DNA of 63,948 nucleotides, the filler included, from Chiloscyllium plagiosum (taxonomy: Eukaryota): assembly GCF_004010195.1 (NCBI RefSeq). It is 5 parts of one record of this genome, joined end to end, with 100 filler letters (N's around TTAATTAATTAA, not from the genome) between each part and the next. Parts side by side here need not be neighbours in the genome. Positions count along the whole stretch, not along the records: positions 48,963 to 58,358 come from NC_057714.1; positions 58,459 to 63,948 come from NC_057714.1; 3 more parts are not named here. One strand, 5' to 3'. Below, piece by piece: positions 51,656 to 63,735 of this stretch; the first letter of the stretch is position 1, and the number at the start of each line of letters is the position of its first letter. The translations under genes were made by a program, and so were the position numbers. The notes below the pieces were generated by a model, which did no database searches, was not told the DNA's origin, and worked only from the letters and a program-made list of their open reading frames with translations.

Positions 51656-54350
51656 TTCAGTACTGACTCTCTTACAATGCAAGTATCCCCCAGACTGATG
51701 CGCTGACAGTGCAGCGCTCCCTCAGTACTGACCCTCTGATAAGGTGGCACTCCCTCAGTACTGACCTTCTGACAATGCAGAACTCCTTCATTTCTGACCT
51801 TCTGACAGTGCAGCACTGCTCCCATATTGACCCTCTGACATTGCGGCAATCCTTCATTACTGACCCCATGACAGCGCAGCACTCCTTCAGTAATGACCCT
51901 CTGACAGTGCAGCATTTCCACAGTACTTATCCTCCGACAGTGCGGCACTCCCACAGTGCTGACACTGGCAGTGCAGCCCTGCCTCAAACTGATCCTCTGA
52001 TAGTCCAGCACTCCCTCAGAACCTACCCTCTGACAATGCGACACTACCTCAGTACTGACCCTCTGACATTGCAGTGCTTCCTCCGTCCTGACCCTCTGTG
52101 TGCATCCCTCCCTCAAACTGACCCTCTGACAGTGCAGCACTCCCTCTGTATTGTCCCTCTGACAGTGCGGCACTCCCTCAGCGATGACCCTCTGACACTG
52201 CAGTCCCTCCTCCATCCTAACCCTTAGACAATGCTGTACTCCCTCCATACTGATCCACTGACAGTTCAGCACTCCCTCAGAACTGACATGCTGACAGTGC
52301 AGCACTCCCTTGGTCCTGCACCCTTGACAGTGCGGCACTCCCTCAGGACTGACCCTCTGACAGTACAGCACGCTCTCAGTACAGATCCTCTGGCAAAGAA
52401 GCAGGCCCTCAGTATTGACATTCCAACAGTGCGGTGATCCTCTGACAGTGCCGCACACACTCAGTACTGAACCTTTGACAGTATAGCGCTTCTCAGTACA
52501 GATATTCTGGCAATGCAGCAGTCTGTCAATACTGACTGACCAACAGTGCGGTGATCCCTCAGTATTGACCCTCTGACAGCATGGCAATACCTCAGTACTG
52601 ACTCTCCGAGAATGAGCATTTCCTTCGTACTGACCCTCTGACAGTGCACCTTTCCCTCATAACTGACCCTCTGACAGTGTGGCACGACCTTCGTACTGAC
52701 TCTCTGACAGTGTAGCACTCCATCAGCACTGTCCCTCTGACAGTGCGGCAATCCCTCAGTACTGACCATCTGATAGTGCAGCACTCCCGCAGTACTGACC
52801 CTCTGGCAGTGCAGCACTCCCTCAGTACTGGCCATCGGACAGTGCAGCACTCACTCAGTACTGACCCTCTGACAGTGCAGCACTCCCTCAGTACTGAACC
52901 TCTGACAATGCGGTACATCCTCAGTACTGATCCTCTGATAGTGCAGCACTCCCTCAGTGCTGATGACCCGACAGTGCAGCACTCTCTACGCACTGACACT
53001 CTGACATTGCGGTATATCCTCAGTACTGATCCCCTGACATTGCTGTACATCCTCAGTACTGATCCTCTGACAGTGCAGCACTCCCTCAGTAGTGACCATC
53101 TGACAGTGCAGCACTCCCTCATTACTGATCCTTTGACAGTGCAGCACTCCCTCAGTAGTGACCCTCTGACAGTGCAGCACTCCCTCAGTAGTGACTCTCT
53201 GACAGTGCAGCACTCCCTCCGCACTGACCCTCTGACATTGCAGTACATCCTCAGTACTGATCCTCTGACAGTGCAGCACTCCCTCAGTACTAACCCTCTG
53301 GCAGTGCAGCACTCCCTCATTACTGACCATCTGACAGTGCAGCATTCCCTCAGTACTGACCCTCTGGCAGGCAGCACTCCCTCAAAGTGACCCTCTGACA
53401 GTGCAGCACTCGTTCATTACTGATCCTCTGACATTGCAGTACATCCTCAGTACTGACCCTCTGACAGTGCAGTACACCCTCAGTACTATCCTCTGACAGT
53501 GCAGCACTCCCTCAGTACTGACCCTCTGACAGTGCAGCACTCCCTCTGTACTGGTCCTCTGACAGTCCGGCACTCCCTCAGTACTGACCGCCTGACAGTC
53601 CAGCACTCCATCAGTACTCACCCTCTGACAGTGCAGCACTCCCTCAGTCCTGACCCTCTGAGAGTGCAGCACTCCCTCAGCACTGATCGCTTGACAGTCC
53701 AGCTGTCCCTCAGAAGTGAGCATCTGACGCCTCAGCATTCCCTCATTACTGACACTCTGACTCTGCAGCACTCTCTTTGTAGTGACATTTCCACAATGCA
53801 ACACTCCCAAAGTACTGACCCTCTGAAAGTGCTGCACTCCCTCAGTACTGACCCTCTGACGGTGCAGCACTCCTTCCATGCTGACAATGTGGCAGTGCAG
53901 CACTCCCTTGGTCCTGCGCCCCAGACAGTGCAGCGATCACTCTGTACTGACCCTCCGACAGTGCAGCACTCCCTCATCACTGATCCTTTTACTCTGCACC
54001 ACTCCCTCAGAAGTGAGCTTCTAACGCCACAGCATTCCTGCAATACTGACCCTCTGACTCTGCAGCACTCCCTCAGTGCTGACCCTCTGACAGTGGAGCA
54101 TTCCCTCAGTACTGTCACTCTGACAGTGCAGCATTCCCTCAGCACTGACCCTCTGACAGTGCAGCATTCCCTCAGTACTGACGCTCTGTCAGTGCAGCAC
54201 TCCCTCAGTACTGACCCTCTGTCAGTGCAGCACTCCCTCAGTACTGACCCTCTAACAGTGGACCACTCCCTCAGTACTGACCATCTGACAGTCCAGTGCT
54301 CCCTCAGTCCTTACCCTCTGACAGTGCAGTGCTCCCGCAGTACTGACCCT
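51656..54350. repeat. 33-bp minisatellite (cagtactgaccctctgacagtgcagcactccct), about 80 copies
   Basis: 11-aa periodic ORFs in several frames (STDPLTVQHSL, EGVLHCQRVST, RECCTVRGSVL). Confidence 0.97.
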
Positions 54351-56080
54351 CGCTTCACCGGCCCCCAACGCCTTAGCTTTCCCATGGACATCCAGTCCCT
54401 ATACACCTTCATTCCCCCATCACAAAGGACTCAAACTCTCCACTTCTTCCTTTCCCGCCGTACCAACCAATACCCTTCCACTGATACCCTCCTTCGACTG
54501 ACTGAACTGGCCCTCATTCTGAACAACTTCTCTTTCCAATCATCCCACTTCCTCCAAACCAGAGGAGTAGCCATGGGTAACCGCATGGGCCCCAGCTATG
54601 CCTGCCTCTTCGTAGGATATGTGGAACAGAACACCTTCCGCAGCTCCACTGGCATCACCCCCCACCTTTTCCTCCACTACATCGATGACTGTATCGGCGC
54701 TGCCTCGTGCTCCCACGAGGAGGTTGAACAGTTCATCCACTTTCCTAACACCTTCCACCCCGACCTACAATTTACCTGGATCGTCTCAGACTCATCTCTC
54801 CCCTTCCTAGATCTCTCCATTTCTATCTCGGGCGACCGACTCAACACGGACATTTACTATAAACCGACCGACTCCCACAGCTACCTAGATTACACCTGCT
54901 CCCACCCTGTCCTCTGTTAGAACACCATCCCATATTCCCAATTCCTTCGCCTCCGCCGTATCTGCTCATAGGAGGACCAATTCCAATACTTAACAACCCA
55001 GATGGCCTCCTTCTTCAAAGACCACAATTTCCCCTCAGACGTGGTCGACGATGCTCTCCACCGCATCTCCTCTACTTTCCGCTCCTCCACACTTGAACTC
55101 CACCCTCCCAACCGCCACCAGAACAGGACCCCACTGGTCCTAACCTACCACCCCATCAACTTCCATATGCATCGCATCATCCTTCATCATTTCCGCCACC
55201 TCCAAACAGACCCCACCACCAAGGATATATTTCCCTCCACACCACTGTCAGCGTTCCAGAAAGAGTACTCCCTCCACGACTCCCTCGTCAGGTTCCCACA
55301 CTCCACCAACCAAAACTCCACTCTCGCCACCTCCCCTTGCAATTGCAAGACATGCAAAACTTGCGCCCACACCTCCCCCATCACTTCCCACGAAGCCCCA
55401 AGGGATCCTTCCATATGCACCACAAATTCACCTGCACCTCCACACACATTATATACTGCAACCGCTGCTCCCGATGTGGCCTCCTCTACATTGGGAAGTC
55501 AGGCCGCCTACTTGTGGAACATTGCAAAGAACACCTCTGGGACACTCGCACCAACCAACCCAACCGCCCCGTGGCTGAACACTTTAACTCCCCCTCCCAC
55601 TCCACCAAGGACATGCAGGTCCTTGGCCTCCTCAATCGCCAGACCATGGCAACACGACGGCAGGAGGAAGAGCGCCTCATCTTCCACCTAGGAACCCTCC
55701 AACCACAAGGGATGAATGCAGATTTCTCCAGCTTCCTCATTTCCCCTCCCCCCAACTTATCTCAGTCCCAACCCTCGGACTCAGCACCACCTTCTTGACC
55801 TGCAATCTTCTTCCTGACCTATCCGCCACAACTCCTCTCCAGCCTAACACCCTCACCTTAACTTCCTTCCACCTATCGCATTTCCTACTCCCCTCCCCAA
55901 AGCCCCTCCTACCTAACTTTTATCTTAGCCTAATTGGCTCACTTTCCTCTCTCCTGAAGAAGGGCTCATGTCCGAAACGTCGATTCTCCTGATCGTTTGA
56001 TGCTGCCTGACCTGCTGCGCTTTTCCAGCATCACATTTTCCAGCTCAGCTCTCCAGCATCTGCAGTCCTCACATTCTCCT
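54350..56080 (+). mobile_element. 5'-truncated Penelope-like element family A: RT, GIY-YIG endonuclease and pLTR, disrupted
   Basis: MDIQSLYT, QTRGVAMG..GPSYA, YIDD, FLDL, YYKPTD..YL; IIYCNRCSRCGLLYIGKSGR..EHF; stops at ~54918 and ~54969 plus a frameshift. Confidence 0.95.
55950..55986 (+). ncRNA. Minimal hammerhead ribozyme motif with intact core
   Basis: CTGAAGA-a-gggc-tcat-gtcc-GAAAC-GTC-gat. Confidence 0.75.
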
Positions 56081-56243
56081 CCATGATAGAGATTGATCCA
56101 ACAATGTTGTAATCACGATCCTGTTAGCTGAGGTAACTGCCCCTACCCCCCCCCCCCCTTCACCCCCTTTATGGGGTAGGAATTCAATCCCTTTAATAGA
56201 GCAAACTTGAGAATTCAACACTAAAATCAATATGTACGGCCGC

Positions 56244-56500
56244 GCTGGAGACATGAAACATCGATACAGAGATTGCTGAAGAAGCTAAGCTTGTCTGGCA
56301 GCATCTCTGAAGGGAGAGGAAGAACGAACAGAGAGAGTTCACCTTTCATCGAGCGATTTCTGCGGGAACGTTCCTTCAGAACAGACCGTTTTGAGGAAGG
56401 GTCACTTGAAATGCGAATTGTTCCTCTCTCTCTTCACCGTTGCTGCCTGATCTGCTGAATGTCCCCAGCCATCTGTTTGCTTGCGAATTTTATCTGACAT
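56244..56500. repeat. Old palindromic element built from two inverted pLTR-like arms (similar element at ~37275-37480)
   Basis: ctggcagcatct..ccttcagaac / gttttgaggaaggg..ttgctgcctgatctgctg arms. Confidence 0.55.
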
Positions 56501-57007
56501 GATCCAAGCGTCACTGAGTAATTCAGTTTGTGTTCAAAGCCCTGAGGCTGCTTCTGCTGAAAGTTAACAAACAGATTTAAGGCTTTGTAAGGTATTGTAT
56601 TCGGAGGGAGGGGTACATGGGAGAACAGATACAGAACACAGGCCCTCACAAAGATCCTTATCAATTTAACTTTGTGATATTAATTCAGAAGGAACAGCTC
56701 AGACCTAACATTTCAGTTAATCAGCCAAGGGGAGTATATATGTCATGACAAAGACTTGTTGTAATGACTGTACAGAACCGAACTTTAGTGACTATGTTTG
56801 TACGTAAAGTTTTTTTTTGTGAATAAAGTCTCTTTTTGAAAGTGATATAAATATTTTTTTCGAAGGGGATCAAGCATCTTGAGCTTGTGCAGGCATTGCC
56901 CTTTTCCCTAATCTTTCTTAAATAAACGCTAGACAAGTTCGATACTCCCCGGGTATAGTCATCAAATGGTCATCAAGGGGGAGGAGATGTGGGACTGTCA
57001 CGGGGGT

Positions 57008-57262
57008 TCAGTGTTGCCTGACCCCACCCGGGTTCGATTCCAACCTCGGGCGACTGTCTGTGTGGAGTTGGTACATTGCCCCCGTGTCAGCCTCCGGGTG
57101 CTCCAGTTCCCTCCCACTGTCCATAGATGTGCAGGCTAGGTGGATTAGCCAGAGGAAATGAAAGGATCCATGGATAGGGAAGGTAGGTGGGATGCTCTGC
57201 CGAGGGTCAGTGTGAACCTGATAGGCCGAATGGCCTGCTTCCACATCTTAGGGATTCTATGA
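57008..57262 (+). mobile_element. HE1-type SINE
   Basis: cccgggttcgattcc..gtgtggagtt..ggccgaatggcctgcttccac..gggattcta. Confidence 0.85.
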
Positions 57263-57520
57263 TCAATCCAGAGACCCAAATAATATTCTGGGCCCTGGGC
57301 TCCAATCTGGGGGATGGCTGTGGGTCATCACAGTGAGAAAAAGTTTGGGGATGAACATGGCCCAAGGGGGTAACAGGTTTGCTTTCTGAGGTGTTGAGGG
57401 CATGAATGTTCTGTTGAGGTGCTTTGGGGATAAACATACTGAGGGGGTGGTTTCTAAGGTATTGAGTGAGCCCTATCTGTCAGTTCAGAGTGCAGATGGT
57501 CGAAAGGTACAGATACACTT

Positions 57521-58358
57521 CATAGAGCATAGAACATAGGACATCGAACAGTACAGCACAGAACAGGCCCTTCAACCCACGATGTTGGCCGACCATTGAT
57601 CCTCATGTAAGGTAAACCTAATGTATGAACCCTGTGACCATATGCATGTCCAGCAATCTCTTAAATATCCCCAATGACCTTGCTTCCACAACTGCTGCTG
57701 GCACTGCTGGCAATGCTCTCGCAACTCTCTGCTTAAAGAACCCGCCTCTGACATCCCCTCTATATTTTCCTCCAAACAGCTTAAAACTATGACCTCTCGT
57801 GTTAGCAATTTCTGCCCTGGGAAAAAAGTGTCTGGCTATCAACTCTATCTATGCCTCTCATTATCTTGTATACCTCAATTAGGTCCCCTGTCTTCCTTCT
57901 TTTTTCCACTGAAAGAAGTCCGAGCTCAGTCAATCTCTCTTTGTTAGATAAGCCCTCCATTCCAGGCAGCATTCTGGTAAACCTCCTCTGAATCCTCTCC
58001 AAAGCATCCACATCTTTCCTATAATAGGGCGACCAGAACTGGACACAGTATTCCAAGTGCGTTCTAACCAAAGTTTTATAGAGCTGTATCAAGATCTCAC
58101 GACTCTTAAACACAATCCTCCTGTTAATGAAAGCCAAAACACCATATGCTTTCTTAACAACCCTGTCCACTTGGGTAGCCATTTTAAGGGATCTATGTAC
58201 CTGCACACCAAGATCCCTCTGTTCCGTCACACTGCCAAGAATCCTGTCTTTAATCCTGTACTCAGTTTTCAAATTTGACCTTCCAAAATGCATCACCTCC
58301 ATTTATCCAGGTTGAACTCCATCTGCCACCTCTCAGCCCATCTCTGCACCCTGTCAAT
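57521..58358 (-). mobile_element. Young CR1 LINE 3' end
   Basis: ORF 57802..58302 (LYKTLVRTHLEYCVQFWSP..GDLIEVYKIMRGIDRV) and a catagaa-type tail. Confidence 0.95.
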
Positions 58359-58458
58359 NNNNNNNNNNNNNNNNNNNNNNNNNNNNNNNNNNNNNNNNNN
58401 NNTTAATTAATTAANNNNNNNNNNNNNNNNNNNNNNNNNNNNNNNNNNNNNNNNNNNN
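58359..58458. other. Artificial scaffold linker
   Basis: 44 N + TTAATTAATTAA + 44 N. Confidence 0.95.
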
Positions 58459-59306
58459 CTTCCAATTAAACCTGTTGGACTATAACCTGGTGTTGTGTGA
58501 TTTTTAACCATTGCACTATACACACACACAGACACTCCTACACACACACACTCTAACACACACACACAGGCACTCCTGTACACACATACACATGGACACA
58601 CATATACACAGACACACACACACACCCTTACAGACACACGCCCCCCAAACTCACACATGCACCCCCTCACAGACTTAAGACACTCTGCACTCACTACACA
58701 CACACACACTCACAACCCCTAACCCAGACAGACACACACACAGACAGACAAAGACCCACATGCACACATATATTTTGTGGGGTGAATTTGTACTTGCAGG
58801 GTTACATTGTACTTTATTCAAAAACCGCATGCATTCATGTAGAACTCTGAGCTCAAAAGCTGCATGAATTCTTGTAAAACTCCGTTATCTCAGTTTTTTG
58901 ATTAGAATCAATCTAAACATCATGGCATAGACAGAGAACATAGGGGGGCCAACACCTTCAACGTATTATCTAGCTATCACCATTGTTAACAGCTAACCTG
59001 AGAATGCAACTTTTTTAAAAAAAGGTTTTGTGATTTACACATGAAAGAAGTGAAACTATCATGGTATTCTAACAGATGAAAGGCTTAACAGGCAATCAAT
59101 TTTTCAATGTATAATTTCAGTTAATCACACTGTAAATTTTTGCTATAAATTCTGTGTGTTAGGATTGAGCCCTCCACTACCACCTGATGAAGGAGCGACG
59201 CTCCAAAAGCTAGTGTGCTTCCAATTAAACCTGTTGGACTATAACCTGGTGTTGTGTGATTTTAAATTTTGTACACCCCAGTCCAACACCAGCATCTCCA
59301 AATCAT
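58459..59306 (+). mobile_element. Penelope family B 3' region, with a hammerhead remnant at 59181-59215
   Basis: Homologous to 11880-12813; cac-CTGATGA-a-ggagc-gac-gctcc-AAAA-gcTA-gtg. Confidence 0.9.
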
Positions 59307-59364
59307 AGTAAAATAAAGGGTGACTTGGTGATGAGACCCAGCCTTGGTGCTGCTGTTTCAGTGC

Positions 59365-59997
59365 TGATAATATGTTGCTGGAAAAGTGCAGTAGGTCAGG
59401 CAGCATCCAAGGAGCAGGAGAATCGACATTTCTGGCATAAGCCCTTCTTCAGGAATGAGGAAAGTGTGCCAAGCAGGCTAGGATAAAAGGTAGGGAGGAG
59501 GGACTTGGGGGAGGGGCTGGAAATGTGATAGGTGGAAGGAGGTCAAGGTGAGGGTGATAGGCCGGAGTGGGGATGGGGGCGGAGAGGTCAGGAAGAAGAT
59601 TNNNNNNNNNNNNNNNNNNNNNNNNNNNNNNNNNNNNNNNNNNNNNNNNNNNNNNNNNNNNNNNNNNNNNNNNNNNNNNNNNNNNNNNNNNNNNNNNNNN
59701 NNNNNNNNNNNNNNNNNNNNNNNNNNNNNNNNNNNNNNNTGTGGAGGTGCAGGTGAATTTGTGGTGGATATGGAAGGATCCCTTGGGGCCTTGGAGGGAG
59801 ATGAGGGGGGAGGTGTGGGCGCATGTTTTGCATTTCTTGCGGTTGCAGGGGAAGGTGCCGGGAGTGGAGGTTGGGTTGGTGGGGGGTGTGGATCTGATGA
59901 GGGAGTCATGGAGGGAGTCGTCTTTTCGGAATGCTGATAGGGGAGGGAAATATATCCCTGGTGGTGGGGTCCATTTGGAGGTTGCGGAAATGACGAT
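59365..59997 (-). mobile_element. Penelope family A 3' fragment
   Basis: Reverse-complement homology to 55190-55445 and 55800-56035. Confidence 0.9.
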
Positions 59998-60616
59998 GGA
60001 TTTTCAGTGCATGCTGTTTCAGTACATGGATTCTAGATTGAAGCTTTGTGCTAGGGAGTCGTCTTTTCGGAATGCTGATAGGGGAGGGAAATATATCCCT
60101 GGTGGTGGGGTCCGTTTGGAGGTGGCGGAAATGACGATGGATTTTCAGTGCGTGCTGTTTCAGTACATGGATTCTAGATTGAAGCTTTGTGCTTGGATTG
60201 AACCTTCATGTGTGGACTGGACCATCGTGAATGGACCATGCCTTTTGTTTGGACTGTGCCTTTGTCTGGTTATGTGTGTAAGACAGACCCTGTGTAGGCC
60301 GGCTGATAGCCCTGTGGAATATATGTTTATATATGATATTTTGCATTATTGTTTAAAATGTGTTGAGTCTCTATAGGATGTTCCATGTCAACGTCTTCAC
60401 TGTTCAGCCTCTTGCCTTGATATATTGTGACTGTTGCAATACTGTGTTTGAGAAACTGTAACTTTATATGGACTTTAAATTTAAAAAATATAACTGGGGA
60501 TTGGAATCTCCTTTGTTCAGGGCACTGACTCCGAGCTGGCTGGTCACAGCCGTGTACTGTGCACAGGGTGACTTGGTGACGGGATACCGGCCTCTTTGTA
60601 GTTATTTTAACTGTCT

Positions 60617-60793
60617 TCTCCCAAACAGTCCAAAGATGTGCAGGTCAGGTGAATTGGCCATGCTAAATTGCCCGTAGTGTTAGGTGCAGGGGTAAATGTA
60701 GAGGGTATGGGTGGGTTGCGCTTCGGCGGGTCGGTGTGGACTTGTTGGGCCAAAGGGCTTGTTTCCACACTGTAATGTAATCTAATCTAATCT
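60617..60793 (+). mobile_element. HE1-type SINE, 3' half
   Basis: cagtccaaagatgtgcagg..gtttccacactgtaatg(taatc)n. Confidence 0.9.
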
Positions 60794-62539
60794 AAAACCA
60801 TTCTCACTGCCAATGTCAGTCTGGCCGCCCATCAGATGGTTATGTTTTCATTTTCCACTGCTGAGCGCTTATTTTTTATTGTATAATTGCATCATACCAT
60901 CTCTTTAATTCTCTTTCCTTATCTTTACTTTCAGTCTGTTATCGATTGATAGGGTATGAAGTAGTTCTCTTCAGTGTTGTCCTGTAACTAGCGTCTGGGA
61001 GTTCTATGAATAATGCACGTATTAGAAAGAATATTCTTTTAAATTCTGGGCATTATCATTCCAGAGTGATTCCTGCTTAGAAACAATTGTATTTTTTTCT
61101 CATCACTTTCCATCGTTCTCTTTCTTTCCTGAAGGGACTGACTCTTGTACAAGTTCAGTTGAATGTTTGGCAGCTGCCCTCTCTAGCTCATAGAACAGAT
61201 GAAAGAGTAAATGCAAGCAGGCAATTCAACCATGGTAGGCATCAGAGTAGAGCCAGATGCAGTCCTTGACTTATACAAATACATACTCTCAGTGATACTT
61301 CCTAAACAGGAATTATTATCATCGAATATGATTGGGGTGAGACTTCAGTTGTTTTTCCTTTATTTTGTTGTAGAAAAGGGATTAAAGGAGGACATAATTA
61401 AGTTATAAAAATTAGTGTTTGATTTCAAAAGCATTAAACAGTGTAGAATCATGACTGGGGCTTTTCAGCAGCAATTGAATCGGGAACTGTCAACTTTTAA
61501 AATTACACTTCCACTGAAAAAACGATCTGGAGTAGGACACAAACACAGTCTGTAAGGTTCATTAAGAAACTGTATATACAGTGAAATGTGCATGACCTTA
61601 AAGATTTAGCAGAATGAACACCTGCACTAATCCTTCTACTTTGTTAACAAAGGTAATGCACACTCTGAAAACCTTTAGAATAAAGAAGTGCTGACAAGGT
61701 GATATACAACCAGGATTAAAAACATTCTTTGGTATCCTTATGCACACCACAGTGTGAAAAATGAGTCATCTTAAATTATAGGTGGGGAGTAAAATTCCCA
61801 GAATACCACAATGTAAGGAACTATCCCCTTGTTTTGAAGGGCCATGGGAATAGGAGGATGCCACTTTTGTGTTCCAAACAGACACCTCCCTTGCAGCCTG
61901 AGGCTTTGCTAATTGAGAGAGATTTCATGCTTGTGATTTGACCCAACCAAAGCCTGTATGTGGTATTAACCTCCAACTGAGTGCCAGGCCCAGACTGAAA
62001 GGATCTGAATAATCAGCTAACTCAATGGTATGTATTAAACAGGTATTCACACTTAAAGTACGGAAAAGGTTGCCCATCCTTAGCTTCAAGCACAGGCAGT
62101 GGACTTGTATCCTAGGGAGAAAATAATGAATGCAACAGGTACCAAATCACTAGTAGCTCCTACTTTACAACCCAGTTTAACCTTTTAAGCTGCTTTCACT
62201 TTCCAATGGGCTTGCAGTGACTCAAGGCAATGTACATACAGCACTGCTAGAATTCTAATATCAATTGTATTGTGATTAATTTGCACTGCAACCAAATTTA
62301 ACTAAAGCTTGTACTTCTGAAATAGTCAATGCCAATTCACAGCAAATTCTCAAATTTTGAAGGAATCTGTCCTGGAAAAGATCAAGAAATTGGAACCAAT
62401 TCCCTGTTAACTACTGCCACTTCTGCAATTTTTCATTGAAGGATATGGTGTTAATTGAATATGTTCATGTAAAAATAAATTCATGCGTTCATGTTGAGTA
62501 GTCATATTGGAATGGTACCATACAGCGCTTTGAGGGGTG

Positions 62540-62665
62540 ACCCAGTGGTTAGCACGGCTGCCTCACTGCACCAGTGACCTGGGTTCGATTCCAGCCCTGG
62601 GTGACAGTGCGTGTGGAGTTTGCAAGTTGTCCACTTGTCTGTGTGGATTTCCAATGAGTGCTGTC
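62540..62665 (+). mobile_element. HE1-type SINE head
   Basis: cagtggttagcacggctgcctcac..gacctgggttcgattcc. Confidence 0.8.
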
Positions 62666-62699
62666 ATCTGCTGTACACTGGGGAGACTAGAGACTGAGC

Positions 62700-62828
62700 G
62701 AAAGTGAGGACTGCAGACACTGGAGGTTAGAGTCAAGATTAGAGTGGTGCTGGAAAAGCACAGCAGGTCAGGCAGCATCCGAGGAGCAGGAAAATCGACG
62801 TTTCAGGCAGGAGCCCTTCATCGGGAAA
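62700..62828 (-). mobile_element. Penelope family A pLTR fragment
   Basis: Reverse complement cccgatgaagggctcctgcctgaaacgtcgatt..gctgcctgacctgctgtgcttttccagca. Confidence 0.85.
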
Positions 62829-62834
62829 GGGCAG

Positions 62835-63735
62835 AGACCGGTCCTAATTTACGAGGGCTCTTAAGATCATGTTCTTCCAGCGGCAGTGATCCAGAAAAGA
62901 AAATCCTATGATGGCATCAAGAAAAGACTGAGGGAGCTCAGGATCCAGTACTCCCTGAGGTATCCAGCGGTGCTTCGGAACACTTTTGATGGATCTGTAC
63001 ATCGCTTTGACACGTCGGAGAAGGAAAGAGACCTTGTGGACAAATTGACTTAATTCGAACAAATTAATTTGTACAAATAGTGGTGTTGTTTGGGTATGTC
63101 TTTGTTTTTCTGGAAGTCCAGTTGGGGTTTTCTTTTCCTTTTTTTATTTGCAATAATCTGGTTTAAACTATATTCAGCAGCGGTTGAGATGTGCACTTCC
63201 AATTTCTAAATTATACCAAAGGATGGGTGGGGTATTTATCCTTTTTTTCAAAATGTCTTTATTCAGATTGCTATTTCATGATGTAATTTTTTTTGTCTGC
63301 TTGTGATTGCAGTGCAGCTATAGCTAGGAGGAGGGAAGATGGTTGGGATGGCTAGATGCCTACTTATGGACAGTTTGTACCGGGTTCAGATATTTAAATG
63401 TCCAGGCTGCATTCTTGGCAGCGGGATGGGAAATTGGGGTTTGGGATGGGTAGTTGCCCCCTTTGGGCAGCAGATGAGTTCCCCTATTCAGCACCGTTGG
63501 CGCTTGATATGTTGGTTTGCTTTTCGGTTTTTGTTGTATCTAATCTTGGATAGCTTTGTAGGTTTGTTAACTGTAGTGGTTTTAGTTTATGCAGTTTTTC
63601 TGTTCGATGGATCTTGGGACACTAAGGCTCGGTGATTTGTGGTTCGAGTTCCTCCTCTCTGGACTTTAGATTTTACTGCAGAAAGCTATGGCTAATCACT
63701 TAATTAAATGGTGTACCTGAAATATCAAGGGGAGT
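62835..63735 (+). mobile_element. L1-clade LINE fragment: ORF1 C-terminus, spacer, ORF2 start
   Basis: AAVIQKRKSYDGIKKRLRELRIQYSLRYPAVLRNTFDGSVHRFDT..LT* (stop 63051-63053); ATG at 63688 gives MANHLIKWCT*NIKG (degenerate WNxxG endonuclease start). Confidence 0.8.

Noticed and set aside
51580..54145. Long Cys/His-rich ORFs (up to 335 aa) resembling zinc-finger or keratin-associated proteins
   Set aside because: Read-through of a 33-bp satellite that is open in several frames on both strands
48963..54350. CRISPR-like repeat arrays
   Set aside because: Head-to-tail monomers with no unique spacers, no cas genes, and a eukaryotic context
57008..57060. tRNA gene (B-box GGTTCGATTCC), also at ~62545 and ~30838
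   Set aside because: SINE heads without a complete cloverleaf
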